Assembly: GCF_024521635.1 (NCBI RefSeq)
Contig: NW_026250408.1
Span: 372,001-436,000 of the forward strand
Source: Tricharina praecox
Taxonomy: Eukaryota
Direction of reading: 5' to 3'
Length of the DNA: 64,000 bases
The first letter of the stretch is position 1. Every line of letters begins with the position of its first letter. The notes beneath the pieces are model-generated. The model searched no databases, was not told the DNA's origin, and worked only from the letters and a program-made list of their open reading frames with translations. The translations under genes and the position numbers were made by a program. This document shows positions 1 to 10,519 of the stretch, piece by piece.

Positions 1-147
1 CGGCTTCGTAACAGGTGTGGGCTGTGCAGGCGAGGGCCGCGGCTTCGTGGGCGGCTTCGTGGGCGGCTTCGTGGGCGGCTTCGTGGGCGGCTTCGTGGGA
101 GGAGGGGGGGCGCGAATGATGGGGCAGGGGTCGAAGACGGGGGCCAT
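1..147 (-). CDS. 5' part of a hypothetical Pro/Thr/Lys-repeat protein (MAPVFDPCPIIRAPPPPTKPPTKPPTKPP...), runs off the window edge
   Basis: Minus-strand ATG at 147 in an ACAACCATGG context. TATAAA on the minus strand at ~225-230. Frame is open to the window edge. The 12-bp repeat encodes (TKPP)n. Confidence 0.45.
   Translation of the reverse strand, partial: MAPVFDPCPIIRAPPPPTKPPTKPPTKPPTKPPTKPRPSPAQPTPVTKP
38..97. repeat. 12-bp tandem repeat (GGCGGCTTCGTG) x~5
   Basis: Seen directly in sequence. Confidence 0.9.
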
Positions 148-913
148 GGTTGTGTAAACTACTGGAGGTTGATCGGCGCGGCGTGGGTGTTGGGGACGGC
201 GACAGAGGACGGTGAATGGGGGAGTTTATAGACGGCCGCGGGAAACGTCACGAATCGGAACCGGCAACATCCAAATTGAATGGATCGTGATACCAAACGC
301 CTGTGGTCACTGGTGGGCTACATGTCGAAGGACGCTTCCGTTTCGACTTTCGGATGGATGCCGGACGTGGGCTCGGGACCAAGTCAAGCTCTATCGTATA
401 GGTGCCCATTTGGAGAGTGGAGAGTGGGGGATGTTTGCAACCCGAGTCCACAAACAGACCAAGAGTATCAGGCAGGAAAAATGCGTGCTCTGGTATCATT
501 CTATCGATGGTTGCAGACACCAGACACTTATCCACCATCACGAGGGAGAACTCGGAAGAGACATACCCAGCTCCAGCCCATTAAAGGCATGAGCTTTGGC
601 AAAGCCCGTTTGCATCCAGGATCGAAGAGGTTATATAAGTAACTTCTCGAGCGCCCGAAGATTCTTCATCTTTTTTTCCCCATCCAACCCCCATTCCCAG
701 CACAAACATTGACCAACAACTACGATGTCTCCCTCCCATCCCCGCCGGGCCCCCCGCCGGACCCCCCAACAACACTCCCGGCACGCCGGCCACGCCCAAA
801 AGCACTCGGGTCGGAGTAGAAGACGGCTAGCTAAAATCTGTACCTAAGCAATTACAAGACGCAAAACATTCTCAAGAAGGCGCTGCCTGTCATTCCGTCG
901 TGTGTGGATCTAA

Positions 914-3317
914 CTACTCTGAATCCCTCTCGCGAAGCGCATGCAACATTTCCTCCACTTCTTTGACATCCTGGCGGCTTCCTTCCGCCCATCCCGCTCT
1001 GTGCCAGCTCTTAAGGCATTCAAACGCCTCAATAGCATCGTCTCCCACCCCGCACCAGCTCTCAGACAGTGCAAGTTTAGCACCACTGAACACCTGCTTC
1101 GGCTCCGCACTCATGGCAGGTATCGTCAGGTAATCCAGAGCCATGCGGGCGAGGTCGCAGTACTGGGGAATACCCGAATGCATCCTCCAGTATTTGACGA
1201 CATCGTTAACATCATTGCGGGTTGGGGGATCCTGTTGAAATTCGTCCATGATGTCATTGTTGGCAGTGTCGTAAAGACCAAGCGCAAGGCGCTTGCGGTC
1301 CCAACGGATCCCTAGTTTCGAATCGTGAAAGTGATGGTTCAGATCTTGACTATCCGCCCCATGCAGTCGAATTGCTTGTGCTGCACTGTATCCACAGTAG
1401 GTAGTCTTCCAGATCTCTTTCACGGTGCGCTCGGCCTGCTCGATCCACTCGGGCCTTGTCTGCCACTCTTCGCGGAAATAGGCAAACCTCATGTTGGGAT
1501 GAAGTGCCATAGCCACTGCATATCCGGGGCAGAGATCAGTCTTCGAGTAGTATCTAGTAGCAGCAGATACAATGTTAAAACTATAGACAAAAACAACCGG
1601 GTAGAGTAGGTACATACTTATCCATGATGGACCAGCCATTATTGATCCTTGTGAGTAGATGTTCGTCGCTGTGGAACTGAATTTTGAGATCCTCAAGGTG
1701 AGAGAGAAGCTCATCCATCGTCGGTAGAATATCAGCCACACATCCATTGCCGTCGCGCACTTGTAGTCTGAGCGTCCACTCCTTGAACGGTTCAAGGATT
1801 TGCTTGATGCAGCGTAAAAAGTCCCAGTCCTCTGGAAACAGTCTGTCCGGGCCATCGCTATCACCGGTGGAATCTTTCAGGATGGCATCATCCACAAAAG
1901 CATCAACTGCGTCACGTAGACGAAGGGCTCTCTGAATGCTCTCGTAGTCACTCGACCAACTCGTGACATTGCCGATAAATACTGTGTAGACAGTTTCATC
2001 AGGATAGAACCGGTTAACAACGCATTCAAAGTCATCACGACGTTCTGGCGTGTTCAGAATGTAGGCCAAAATGTTATGGAGCTTTCCCAAAGCACCCTTT
2101 TGGCGCCACTTAGGCAGCTTTGCCAACTCCGGTTGAACCGCGTTGATATCGGTCTCGAACGTTTCGACATCCGTTCCCCAGAGAATTGTCTTGACTGTAA
2201 GGTTCAAAACATGACCGAAGCACCGCAATCGTGAAGCAACAGGATCAAAGGAGGGGTGCCCGGCCGCACGTAGCCGCCGTGCAACTTCCACAAGGGCTGT
2301 ATCATTGATCAGCGAATTGTCGACGTTAAACATTCCGACGAACGGTTCGATCTCGTAATCTCGAATTGTATTCCAAAGGTGGTCGGCCAAATTGGTTCCG
2401 CTATGAGTGCCTCGGAACCGATACAACGAGAGCAATACAGCGTGAACTTTTCCATCCGTATCCAAGCAATGGCCAACAATCGCTTGATAGGCCTGTTGAT
2501 TCGGTCCACTCCACACGTCAAAGGAAAAGTGAATCTTGCTACTCGTGGCTCGGAGTTTCTTCTTGACTTCCAACTTCATGGCTTGATACCATATCAGAAT
2601 TTCCTCCTTGATCGCATTGCCATTCCGAGGTAGGGCACGATCAATACCAGAGTAATCAGGTTGGCAAGCGGCAAGGTAAGCAAAAAGCGTTCGAAATGAC
2701 GGATCTTCGTACATCCGAAGGCTAATGTTGGTGTCGACCATCCACTGTAGAAGCATATCCTGAAAGACATCGGTATTGAAGACGATTTTTGGAGGTGCCC
2801 TTCCGAATGCGGCTTCAATCGTTTGCTGGTTACCACTGGGGCTATCTACGATTGGTCCGTCGGGGCCGACATGGTGTACAAGTTTGAGATGATTGATAGC
2901 GTTTTTCGTAGTGCTCAGAGAAAAGGTAACAGCCGTCGAAGGATAGGGACCTAAGCATAGTAGTTAGCAGTGATATCGCCTTTGCTAGAGTTCAGATGCA
3001 ACCATACATCGATGACATTTCCATCTTGTTACCCCATCGACTGCACATTCCGAGCCGTTCTCTGGAAGCCAAATGTGACTCGACCGCTGTTTCCTCTTTG
3101 ATTTGGAGACTTCGGGAATTGATATGTCATCCGCATTCGCTCCAGTGGAAACATCTTCCTCCTGCTGTTGTACGTCGGTTTCGGGGTTAGAGTCGGGTGA
3201 GTCGTCGTTGGTAGTTGGAGTTGGGGATCTGGACCGGGGTACTGGTAGTGTGGACTCGTTCGTTGCAGCGGCGCGAACTCCGCTATCGGCCCTGTGTTTT
3301 CTAGCTCGTCTCGCCAT
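914..3317 (-). CDS. hAT-superfamily transposase (BED zinc finger + RNase-H-like DDE core + hAT C-terminal dimerisation domain), 3 exons; probably catalytically impaired
   Basis: Introns at 2951-3007 and 1554-1617 join three ORFs in frame. Motifs: WKCHRC...NAINHLKLVHH (BED finger), FSFDVWSG and NVDN (catalytic Asp motifs), RCFGHVLNL (CxxH), ALHP, LARMALDYLTIPAMSAEPKQVFS (hATC domain). Confidence 0.92.
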
Positions 3318-3344
3318 GATTGTTGGGTGATGATGAGGTAATCG

Positions 3345-3555
3345 CCGGCGGAGGAGGATGCGGCGGCGGCAGAGGAGAGGCGGGAGGGGAGGCGGGAGGC
3401 GGAGGGGGAGGAGGAGGCGGGGGCGGAGGGGGAGGAGGAGGCGGAGGCGGAGGCGGAGGAGGAGGCGGAGGCGGAGGCGGAGGCGGAGGCGGAGGGGGAG
3501 GAGGAGGCAGAGGCGGAGGGGGAGGAGGAGGTGGAAGCGGCGGGGGAGGCGGGTG
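3345..3555. repeat. G-rich (GGAGGC/GGA)n low-complexity tract directly upstream of the transposase ATG
   Basis: Seen directly; it generates the spurious poly-Gly, poly-Arg and SASAS ORFs. Confidence 0.9.
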
Positions 3556-3671
3556 TAGTTGGTGGCGGCCAGTAGCGGTTCAGATGAAGTTTAAAAGTTG
3601 GGTCGAGAGTTGCAGTGTTTGCAGGTTTTATGGGTAGGGTAAGTACAAAGACAACTAGCAATTTTGACTGG

Positions 3672-3812
3672 CAGTGTTCGACATTCCAGTCCGTCCCGTC
3701 CCGGGACGGACTGGACTGGACTGTATCTTGGCAGTCCGTCCGGGAGCGGTGTTCGGACGAACTAGTCCAGAAAAAATCGAGGGCAGGACGGACTGCAGTC
3801 CAATGCCAAGAC
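3672..3812. repeat. Palindromic/inverted repeat cluster (CAGTCCGTCC / GGACGGACTG; TCTTGGCA / TGCCAAGA)
   Basis: CCGTCCCGGGACGG palindrome at ~3696-3709. Inverted pair TCTTGGCAGTCCGTCC (3726-3741) versus GGACGGACTG...TGCCAAGA (3786-3811). Confidence 0.8.
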
Positions 3813-4350
3813 ATCAAGAAAACGATTTTCTTTTCAGCAATTGCAGAATTTCGCCAAACGAAGGCTCGGTGGCAGAAGAGATAGAGATCTTCAGTTTATT
3901 TCGCATGCAGCCTACCGAGACTATGGCGAAAGGACTCCAATTCAATATGTTGTTCGGGTGTGAAAGCGATCTCGAAGCGAGTGAGCCATGGTGACACCAT
4001 ATATCTCACTCTGCAGCGGGAGGGAGCCATCTCGACAAGTTAACGCTTCGATCGGTGGTCTTTAGGTAGCAACACATAGAAGTACTGATGGAGTACCGAC
4101 GGTAGGTATGTCAACATGGATTGCCGAAGCCGCACGCCGCCGCCGCGTCATATAAACCCACCCCTTCCGTAAGGGCTCGTCTCCTCAGTTGTTCATCAAC
4201 AGCCTCGCTAATCCTAGGTACTTCAACGTTCACGCTCGGGCCCTCCGCATAAACATCGCCGACGGCCACATCTCCAGCTTACACATCACATCTTCCACGA
4301 CCTTCCCGATCTCACAGCGAGCACATCACATCACATCACATCCCATCACA

Positions 4351-4707
4351 ATGTGCCAGTGGCAAAGCACGACCTACACTCCGTGCGGGCACGTACTATC
4401 ACGCATCGATTTCGCCCTCGGTGCCGGCAAGAAGCCGGTGGTGTCACTCTGCTCCGCAACCGCAGCCAGAGCTTCACGAGGGGCAGTACTCCCGTGCTAT
4501 GGTTGCCACGCCGGATACATCACCAGCACCACCGAAGGGGCCGAGGGGGGCAAGGCGCCGTGTCCGGCCTGTGCTGGCATAACCCTGACGAGTAGGAAGG
4601 CGGCAACCCGGCTAGGCGTGCTGGAGGGGTATCTCGACGTGTCTCGTAAGGGTTCGGCTCTGCCGTTTGCGACCTTGTTGGTGGTATATAATATGCCGGA
4701 TTCGTGA
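4351..4707 (+). CDS. Small Cys-rich hypothetical protein (MC..CGH...C...CxxC...CPAC), putative zinc-binding, 118 aa
   Basis: TATAAA at 4151, CA-rich leader, ACAATG start context. The MCxxxxxxYxxCGH...CPxC pattern resembles small fungal Cys-rich orphan proteins. Confidence 0.6.
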   Translation: MCQWQSTTYTPCGHVLSRIDFALGAGKKPVVSLCSATAARASRGAVLPCYGCHAGYITSTTEGAEGGKAPCPACAGITLTSRKAATRLGVLEGYLDVSRKGSALPFATLLVVYNMPDS

Positions 4708-6439
4708 ATCATGATGCGAGTCGGATATCGCCCCGGGCTCGAGACCCATTGAAACCGGCGAGCGTTACGACTAACCGGTCTGCTTCCCTTCGCTGTCGTG
4801 CCATGCGTTTCCTCCGTGCCATAGGCGGCAGAGCAGTTTCACATTCCGAGCCGTAGGCCCGCAGAACGATGCCGGTGTAATAAAGTAGACGGCACAGCAA
4901 ACATCCCATCCCGCACGGCTACAGGCGTCGAAGTACCTAACATGTACTATCTCAGCACTTGCGAATCCACCCTTTCCCGGCACAAGCACAACATTGGTCT
5001 CGGTCGTTCCCAAGAACTGCTACAGACGTCCCCGGCGCTTGATCATGGCTGAATAAATCTCCCCCACCAGTGACATCCGTGATCCAGCAGCTAGAAATCT
5101 AGAAGCCGTATGTACCACCCCAAACGCACGTCGTCGAAGAATACCTAAAAATTTCATTCCGGTTCCCAGGCACTATGTTCCGGCCAATGCACTGCGCACA
5201 CCCACCACACCTGATAACCGTCACATCCAACCGGCCGGCAGAGCAGACTGTCATACGGTACAAACACGTGCCCTGGCCCCCAGCAACCCTCGGGAATCGG
5301 CACGCTATGCAGGTACCTCTCCACCTTACTCAGCCCGCTTACCCGTAGAGTACCTTACCCCAGCACCCGATCACTGTCGACTGACGCCTCCGGAATCTGA
5401 AAACATCTGCGCGAACGGGCGACGAAACGCCACAATGCCCACGCCACAAGCAGGTACCAGACTAATCGGTACCAGGTATCAATCGTAACGACCGCCACCG
5501 CCACCACCACCACCACCACCACCATCACCACTGCACCACCACCACCGGCCGTGTAGGGCCAGCAAATCTTTGCGCATCTACCACCCTTAGATACTCGCCT
5601 ACCTCCGGATCCATGAGGTGTAGGAGTAGATTAACCAACTGCCATAAGTGACAGTGGAGTACCTAGTGTATGAGTAAACGCCAATCCACTTATCGTACGC
5701 ACCTACCAGAACAGGAAAACATTCAGGCCGCCCACCGCCGTTGATGCACACACTCTATCTGCCCTGCATAGCGAGAGAAGGAGAAGGAGAAGAAGAAGAA
5801 GAGTCACACGCTAGGTATGCATGTACATACCCCGCCGATTTCTCCCCAAACGGCACTGGGGAGCGGTAGAATGGGGAATGGAGATTAGGAAATCATCGTT
5901 TGCGGAGTAACTTCCTGAGCACTTGGTTACATACCTGGGTTTTAGCCGGTGGAGGAGGCGATGTCCAGCGGCAGAGAGCTTGGACCGGTGGACGTCGGCG
6001 TCGGCGTCGGCGGTTGTTTGAGTATGCGAGTACTTTCTGACGGCGGATACCGGCACCGGTACCGTAGTCGCCATCGACCGCCAGTCTCCCATCTCTCGTC
6101 TCTCGTCTCCGTAGCGATCGCTGAGCGTTGAAACGGGTGGTGCGGTCGGAGACGAGACTGGACGGAGAAGTACCCGGGCCCGGCAACCGATAGTTAGTAG
6201 ACAGAACGGAGACGAACTACGACCACAGAACACCGTACCGAGCACATTCCGTACGTCCACCGAGTCCATGAGGTGATGCCATTGATCGCATGTGATGTGA
6301 ATGCCTACGACTATCGTTGTATCATGTAGGAGGTATGATAGGATGTAGGAGACCTCACATAAGCAGTCGATCAAGTCAAGAGCGACAAGACCGGACAGGA
6401 CCAAACAGAACAAGACAGGGTTACAACGTGCGCAGCAAT

Positions 6440-6570
6440 CAACTCGCATCCCTCCATCGATCCACCAGACCCACCAGATCCGCCAACCACCGACCACCGA
6501 TTATCGATCCACCAGATGGATCCACCGACCGCCAACCGCCAATTACCGACCACCGACCGCCGACCTCCAG
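6440..6570. repeat. Degenerate ~7-bp (CCACCGA/CCACCAGA) tandem repeat
   Basis: Seen directly. Confidence 0.6.
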
Positions 6571-7974
6571 AGTCCAGCGGGCAGCAGCTCGGCTCGGCTA
6601 TTCCAGACGCGTTCCACCACTCCACCACTCCTTCGCGGCCACCTCTTCCAACCGCAGTGCGCACGCCATTCAAGCTTTTTGGAGCCTCATCCTAGAATAG
6701 TTATGCCAGGTACCGTATCATATGTACCGGTATCCCAATGCCCATTCACCGGGGGCACCGGGCGGCGGGCAGTGGGCACCCTGCAGCACCCCAATGCTCA
6801 TCCCACCCCACCCCCAAATTGAGGCAACATCTCGTAGACTCCAGAGTAGTGAATGTCGACTACAACCACGAGTGACCGCCCATGCCCACGGCTTAACCCC
6901 CCCTCTCTCCCCCTCCCCTTTCCCCCTCTCAGCCTCCCCATCCCCTTTCAATTCCCTCACCTAAAGTCTTGAACGCGGGACAAGCCATCCCGCCGAGCCA
7001 CCCCATCCCGCTCGCTCGCAAACCACCCGCCCAAACCACCCAAGCCACTACCTAACCGACTAACCCCACTAACCCATTAAGCAACCCCACTACCCAAGTA
7101 GGCATCAGCCCACCCTCCCTTCCAAGTCCCCCCTCTTCTCCCAGGCACAACCCGCACGCGCCGGGCGCTTGGCACACTCGGATAGGGAGTTGTCCCAACT
7201 TCCTATCTGAGTGTCCACTCCCCCTTTAATTTCTTTCGTGCTCGACCACCAACCAGACCACAGACCACACAGTTAAAAGTAAGAGTGCAAATTACGGGAA
7301 CTGGCCGGGAACTTTCTCACCCACTCACTCCCACAGCCTCATTCAGGGGAACACAATGGAGAATGAAAGAATGAAAGAATGAAAGAATGAAAGAACAAAT
7401 CCGATTTCTATCTATCGCAACTCCAGAGAAAACGAGGTAAAGAAAAAAAGAGCGGACCAAAATACGAGTACAAACAATAATAATGCAGACAGACAGGACA
7501 GACAATACAATACAAACGTGTCAGAACAAAAACCAACCTGTAATTATAATCCCATGCACGTTTTTGAATCGAGGAAAAAATCAAAAGAAAAAAAGATAAT
7601 CCGGGGGTATAATGATATGTACAGCAGAAATGAATGAACAGAACAGAACAGCAAACTAAAAATCACACATGCATGCTCTCGCACAAATCTCTCCTCTCCC
7701 TTCACGCGAACCACAATAGAAGAGAAAAGAAAACGGAAGAGAAAAAACAACAGAATTTGGAAGCCAAACAAATGGTGGAGCTGTAATGCTCTCCACGTGA
7801 CATTTGTTGACAGAATTCGAATCCTCTCATTCCTCATCTCCTCACAATTGACTAATTACACCAATGCTCCTCCAAACAGATCCCCACATTATTGCATTAT
7901 GTAAATCCGGTGATTTAGAAGAGGGTGAAGGCTGTTGTATTTGTTAGACGATGCAGGGAGAGATTGATGGGGGT

Positions 7975-8801
7975 TCAGATGAGAAGACACATACCCATGG
8001 CAGCAACGACAGCGACGAGGGCACCGCCGACCTTAAGCTGCGATCCGGCTCCGGTGTACTCGGCGGTGGGAGGGGTGGTGGACGACGGGACGTTGTATCC
8101 GGTGGAGTTAACGGCCTCCTGGGATCCGGTTCCAGTGGGGACTACAGCGTAGCTAGTGGGGGTCTCAGTGCAGTCGCAAGAAGTCAGGGTGGCATAGTGG
8201 GTAGAGTACGAGATGCTCTCCTCCTCAACCTCGGCCTCAGTGGGCTCAGCCTCGTACGTGGGCTCGGCGGCAGCGGGCGCCGACGTGGTGTACTCCGGGG
8301 TGATGACCTCCGTCTCCTCAGGGGCGGCGGTGGAAGCCGGGGCGGCCTCGGGGGTGGACGACGAAGCGACCGCCTTGTTGGAGACACCGAACTGGTCGGT
8401 GTACTGGTAGTAACCGGTCGCGTCCTGGATCAGCTGGATTCCGTAGTGGGAGACGTCGTCCTCGAGCGTGGCAGCCGGGGTCCAGGTGTAAGATCCGGTG
8501 TTGGGGATGGCCTCGGCGATGGCGTACATGGGGACCACGTTGGTCGACGGGCCACGGAGGAGGACCAGCGACACGGTTCCATCGGAGGTGGGCTGAATTG
8601 TCAGTTTCGTTTGCGACCAAGTGCGCGAGCGATTGAGATACATACAGTCCAAGTAACGGTGTACGACTTTCCAACGGGAACGCTCTCACCACGGGCGGGA
8701 GTGTGGAAGGGGTTTCCCTGGGGCTCGCCAACCGGAGTGGTGTAGGCAGCAGCGAGGGCAGCGAAGTAGGCGACAGCGCCGGCGAAGATGGAGGCCTTCA
8801 T
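7975..8801 (-). CDS. Secreted Ser/Thr-rich GPI-anchored cell-wall protein (Kre9/Knh1 N-terminal-like domain)
   Basis: Signal peptide MKASIFAGAVAYFAALAAA. One intron at 8593-8645. Domain motif YTVTWTP..GTVSLVLLRGPSTN...IPNTGSYTWTP...YGIQLI...YQYTDQFGV. S/T/E/P stalk, then YTGAG and a hydrophobic C-terminus (GPI signal). Confidence 0.9.
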
Positions 8802-10216
8802 TGTGAGGATTATTTGAAGGTGGAGGGGTTTTCGAAAGTGTTTTGTTTGTTTGTTTGTTTTTTTTGAAGCGACTGTAAAGAATGTGGTGCGGTATTTAAC
8901 CAGCAAAAGAATGAATGACGGCGAAGGTTTTGGTGTAGAGAACGACGAGGATGCGATGAAGAAGTGAAAGAAGGGAGGGGAGTGAGATGGGTACCGAGTC
9001 TTATACGGATGGGGTGTGTGCCTGAGTGAGAGTGGTGTGTGGAGGAGGTGGTACCGGGCTGGGGCTGGGCTGAGTTGCTTGCGTGCAATCTGCCAGGAAC
9101 AACAAAGTGACGCGGCAAGGATTCAGCGGAGGGGCACTCGTCCACCTCCACCGTCACCTCCACCTCCACTTCTGGTAGTACTACCACCACCTTCACCGCC
9201 ACTTTCCGTCTAGCCAGGGGAAATTTGCAGAGACGAGCGAAAGTGCTGGCCAGCAAGCATTAATGCGGCAAGGAATCGCAAGGATCATAGCACTGGGCGA
9301 GAATAGTTGCATTCCTAGGTCCGTACCATATGTACCGAGAATATGGACTTGGCCTGCAAAGAGTAACGGTCGGTTTGTGTCCACCGATCTGGATGGCTGA
9401 GCGCAGAGTCGTTGTGACCATCGATGCCCATAACGAATATACAGAAAGACGAACAAAGGCTGAGGAAGAAGATCAGACGGCGCCTTGATGGGTGGATGGG
9501 CCGATGGATGACTGGATTGATGGCTATTTGGGGAGCATCGATAGGAAGGTATCTACAGTCTGTCGCTATGTTTACTACACCGACGTTGCTCTACGCTGCG
9601 CATCCAACTCCAACAGATACCCACCTGCCCAGGAAATGCGATTCTCGTCGCTAGGCGCATCGAACCGCCGGTGTCTCGTGCTCGGCGCGCTCATTGGTTA
9701 CCGGGATCCCCTTTTCCACGACTTTCTCGTCCTCCCCCCTGCCACCGCATTGCATGGGGCCTGCAGAAGAGAGTCGAGTCATCACGGTCTCTCTCCCCCT
9801 CTCTTCTACGCAGGGTGTATGCGTGTGTGCGTGTGTGCCGGTGTGAAACGGAGACACCAGCCGAATAAATGGACTGTGGTGCCTGTCACCAAACTCCCGG
9901 GATCGTATCCGTCGTGATTACTAGTATGTTTGTATAGTGGTACACTGCAGAGATGCCTTCACCGGCGGTGGAATGGCAGGCGCGTCGTGTCTGTACTCTA
10001 CATAGAGTACCTACAGTACCTGGAAAGCCGTTACCGTTGTATGTCCCTATGTCCCTACATAATCCAGCTACCGGTATCCCCACCGACTCCCCACCGACTC
10101 CGCATCTCCGACATTCGGTGAGCTCGTACCGGTAACTACCACACACCCGGCGAGACTCTCGAGTCTCAAGTAAATATACATGAAGCAGAAACCTCGAGCT
10201 CTTGCTCTCGCTCGAG

Positions 10217-10330
10217 CACTCACTCACTCACTCACTCACTCACTCACTCACTCACTCACTCACTCACTCACTCACTCACTCACTCACTCACTCACCCACT
10301 CACCCACTCACCCACTCACTCACTCACTCA
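10217..10330. repeat. (CACT)n tetranucleotide microsatellite, ~28 units
   Basis: Seen directly. Confidence 0.95.
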
Positions 10331-10479
10331 CGGGCAGAAACCTTTCAGCCATGCTCTACTCTCTGTGGCTAGCGGGCTCGAGCTCGAGCTCGCGTTCCTG
10401 CCTCCTGCCTCCTGCCTCCCTCCCTCCCTCGCTCCCGCTACTCTGGAGTAGGAGTGCACGCAAGCCAGAAGCTTCGCTA

Positions 10480-10519
10480 AAACCAAACCAAACCAAACCA
10501 AACCAAACCAAACCAAACC
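10480..10519. repeat. (AAACC)n pentanucleotide microsatellite
   Basis: Seen directly. Confidence 0.9.

Larger units (their letters stand above)
914..3815 (-). mobile_element. hAT DNA transposon copy; termini not resolved
   Basis: Transposase plus an upstream block of GGACGG/GGACTG subterminal-like repeats at 3672-3812. No matching TIR pair or 8-bp TSD could be found by eye. Confidence 0.7.

Noticed and set aside
212..805. Several overlapping 60-126 aa ORFs
   Set aside because: No recognisable motif or coherent splice model; possibly a pseudogene fragment but unsupported.
3029..3817. Poly-Gly, poly-Arg and SASAS ORFs
   Set aside because: Artefacts of the G-rich repeat, which lacks stop codons.
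5811..6964. 228-aa and smaller ORFs
   Set aside because: Composed of microsatellite and low-complexity translations; no domain signal.
7951..8745. 264-aa + strand ORF
   Set aside because: Antisense shadow of the GC3-rich GPI-protein gene; the same applies to the long antisense ORFs over YCS4, POM152, UTP22 and the zinc-finger gene.
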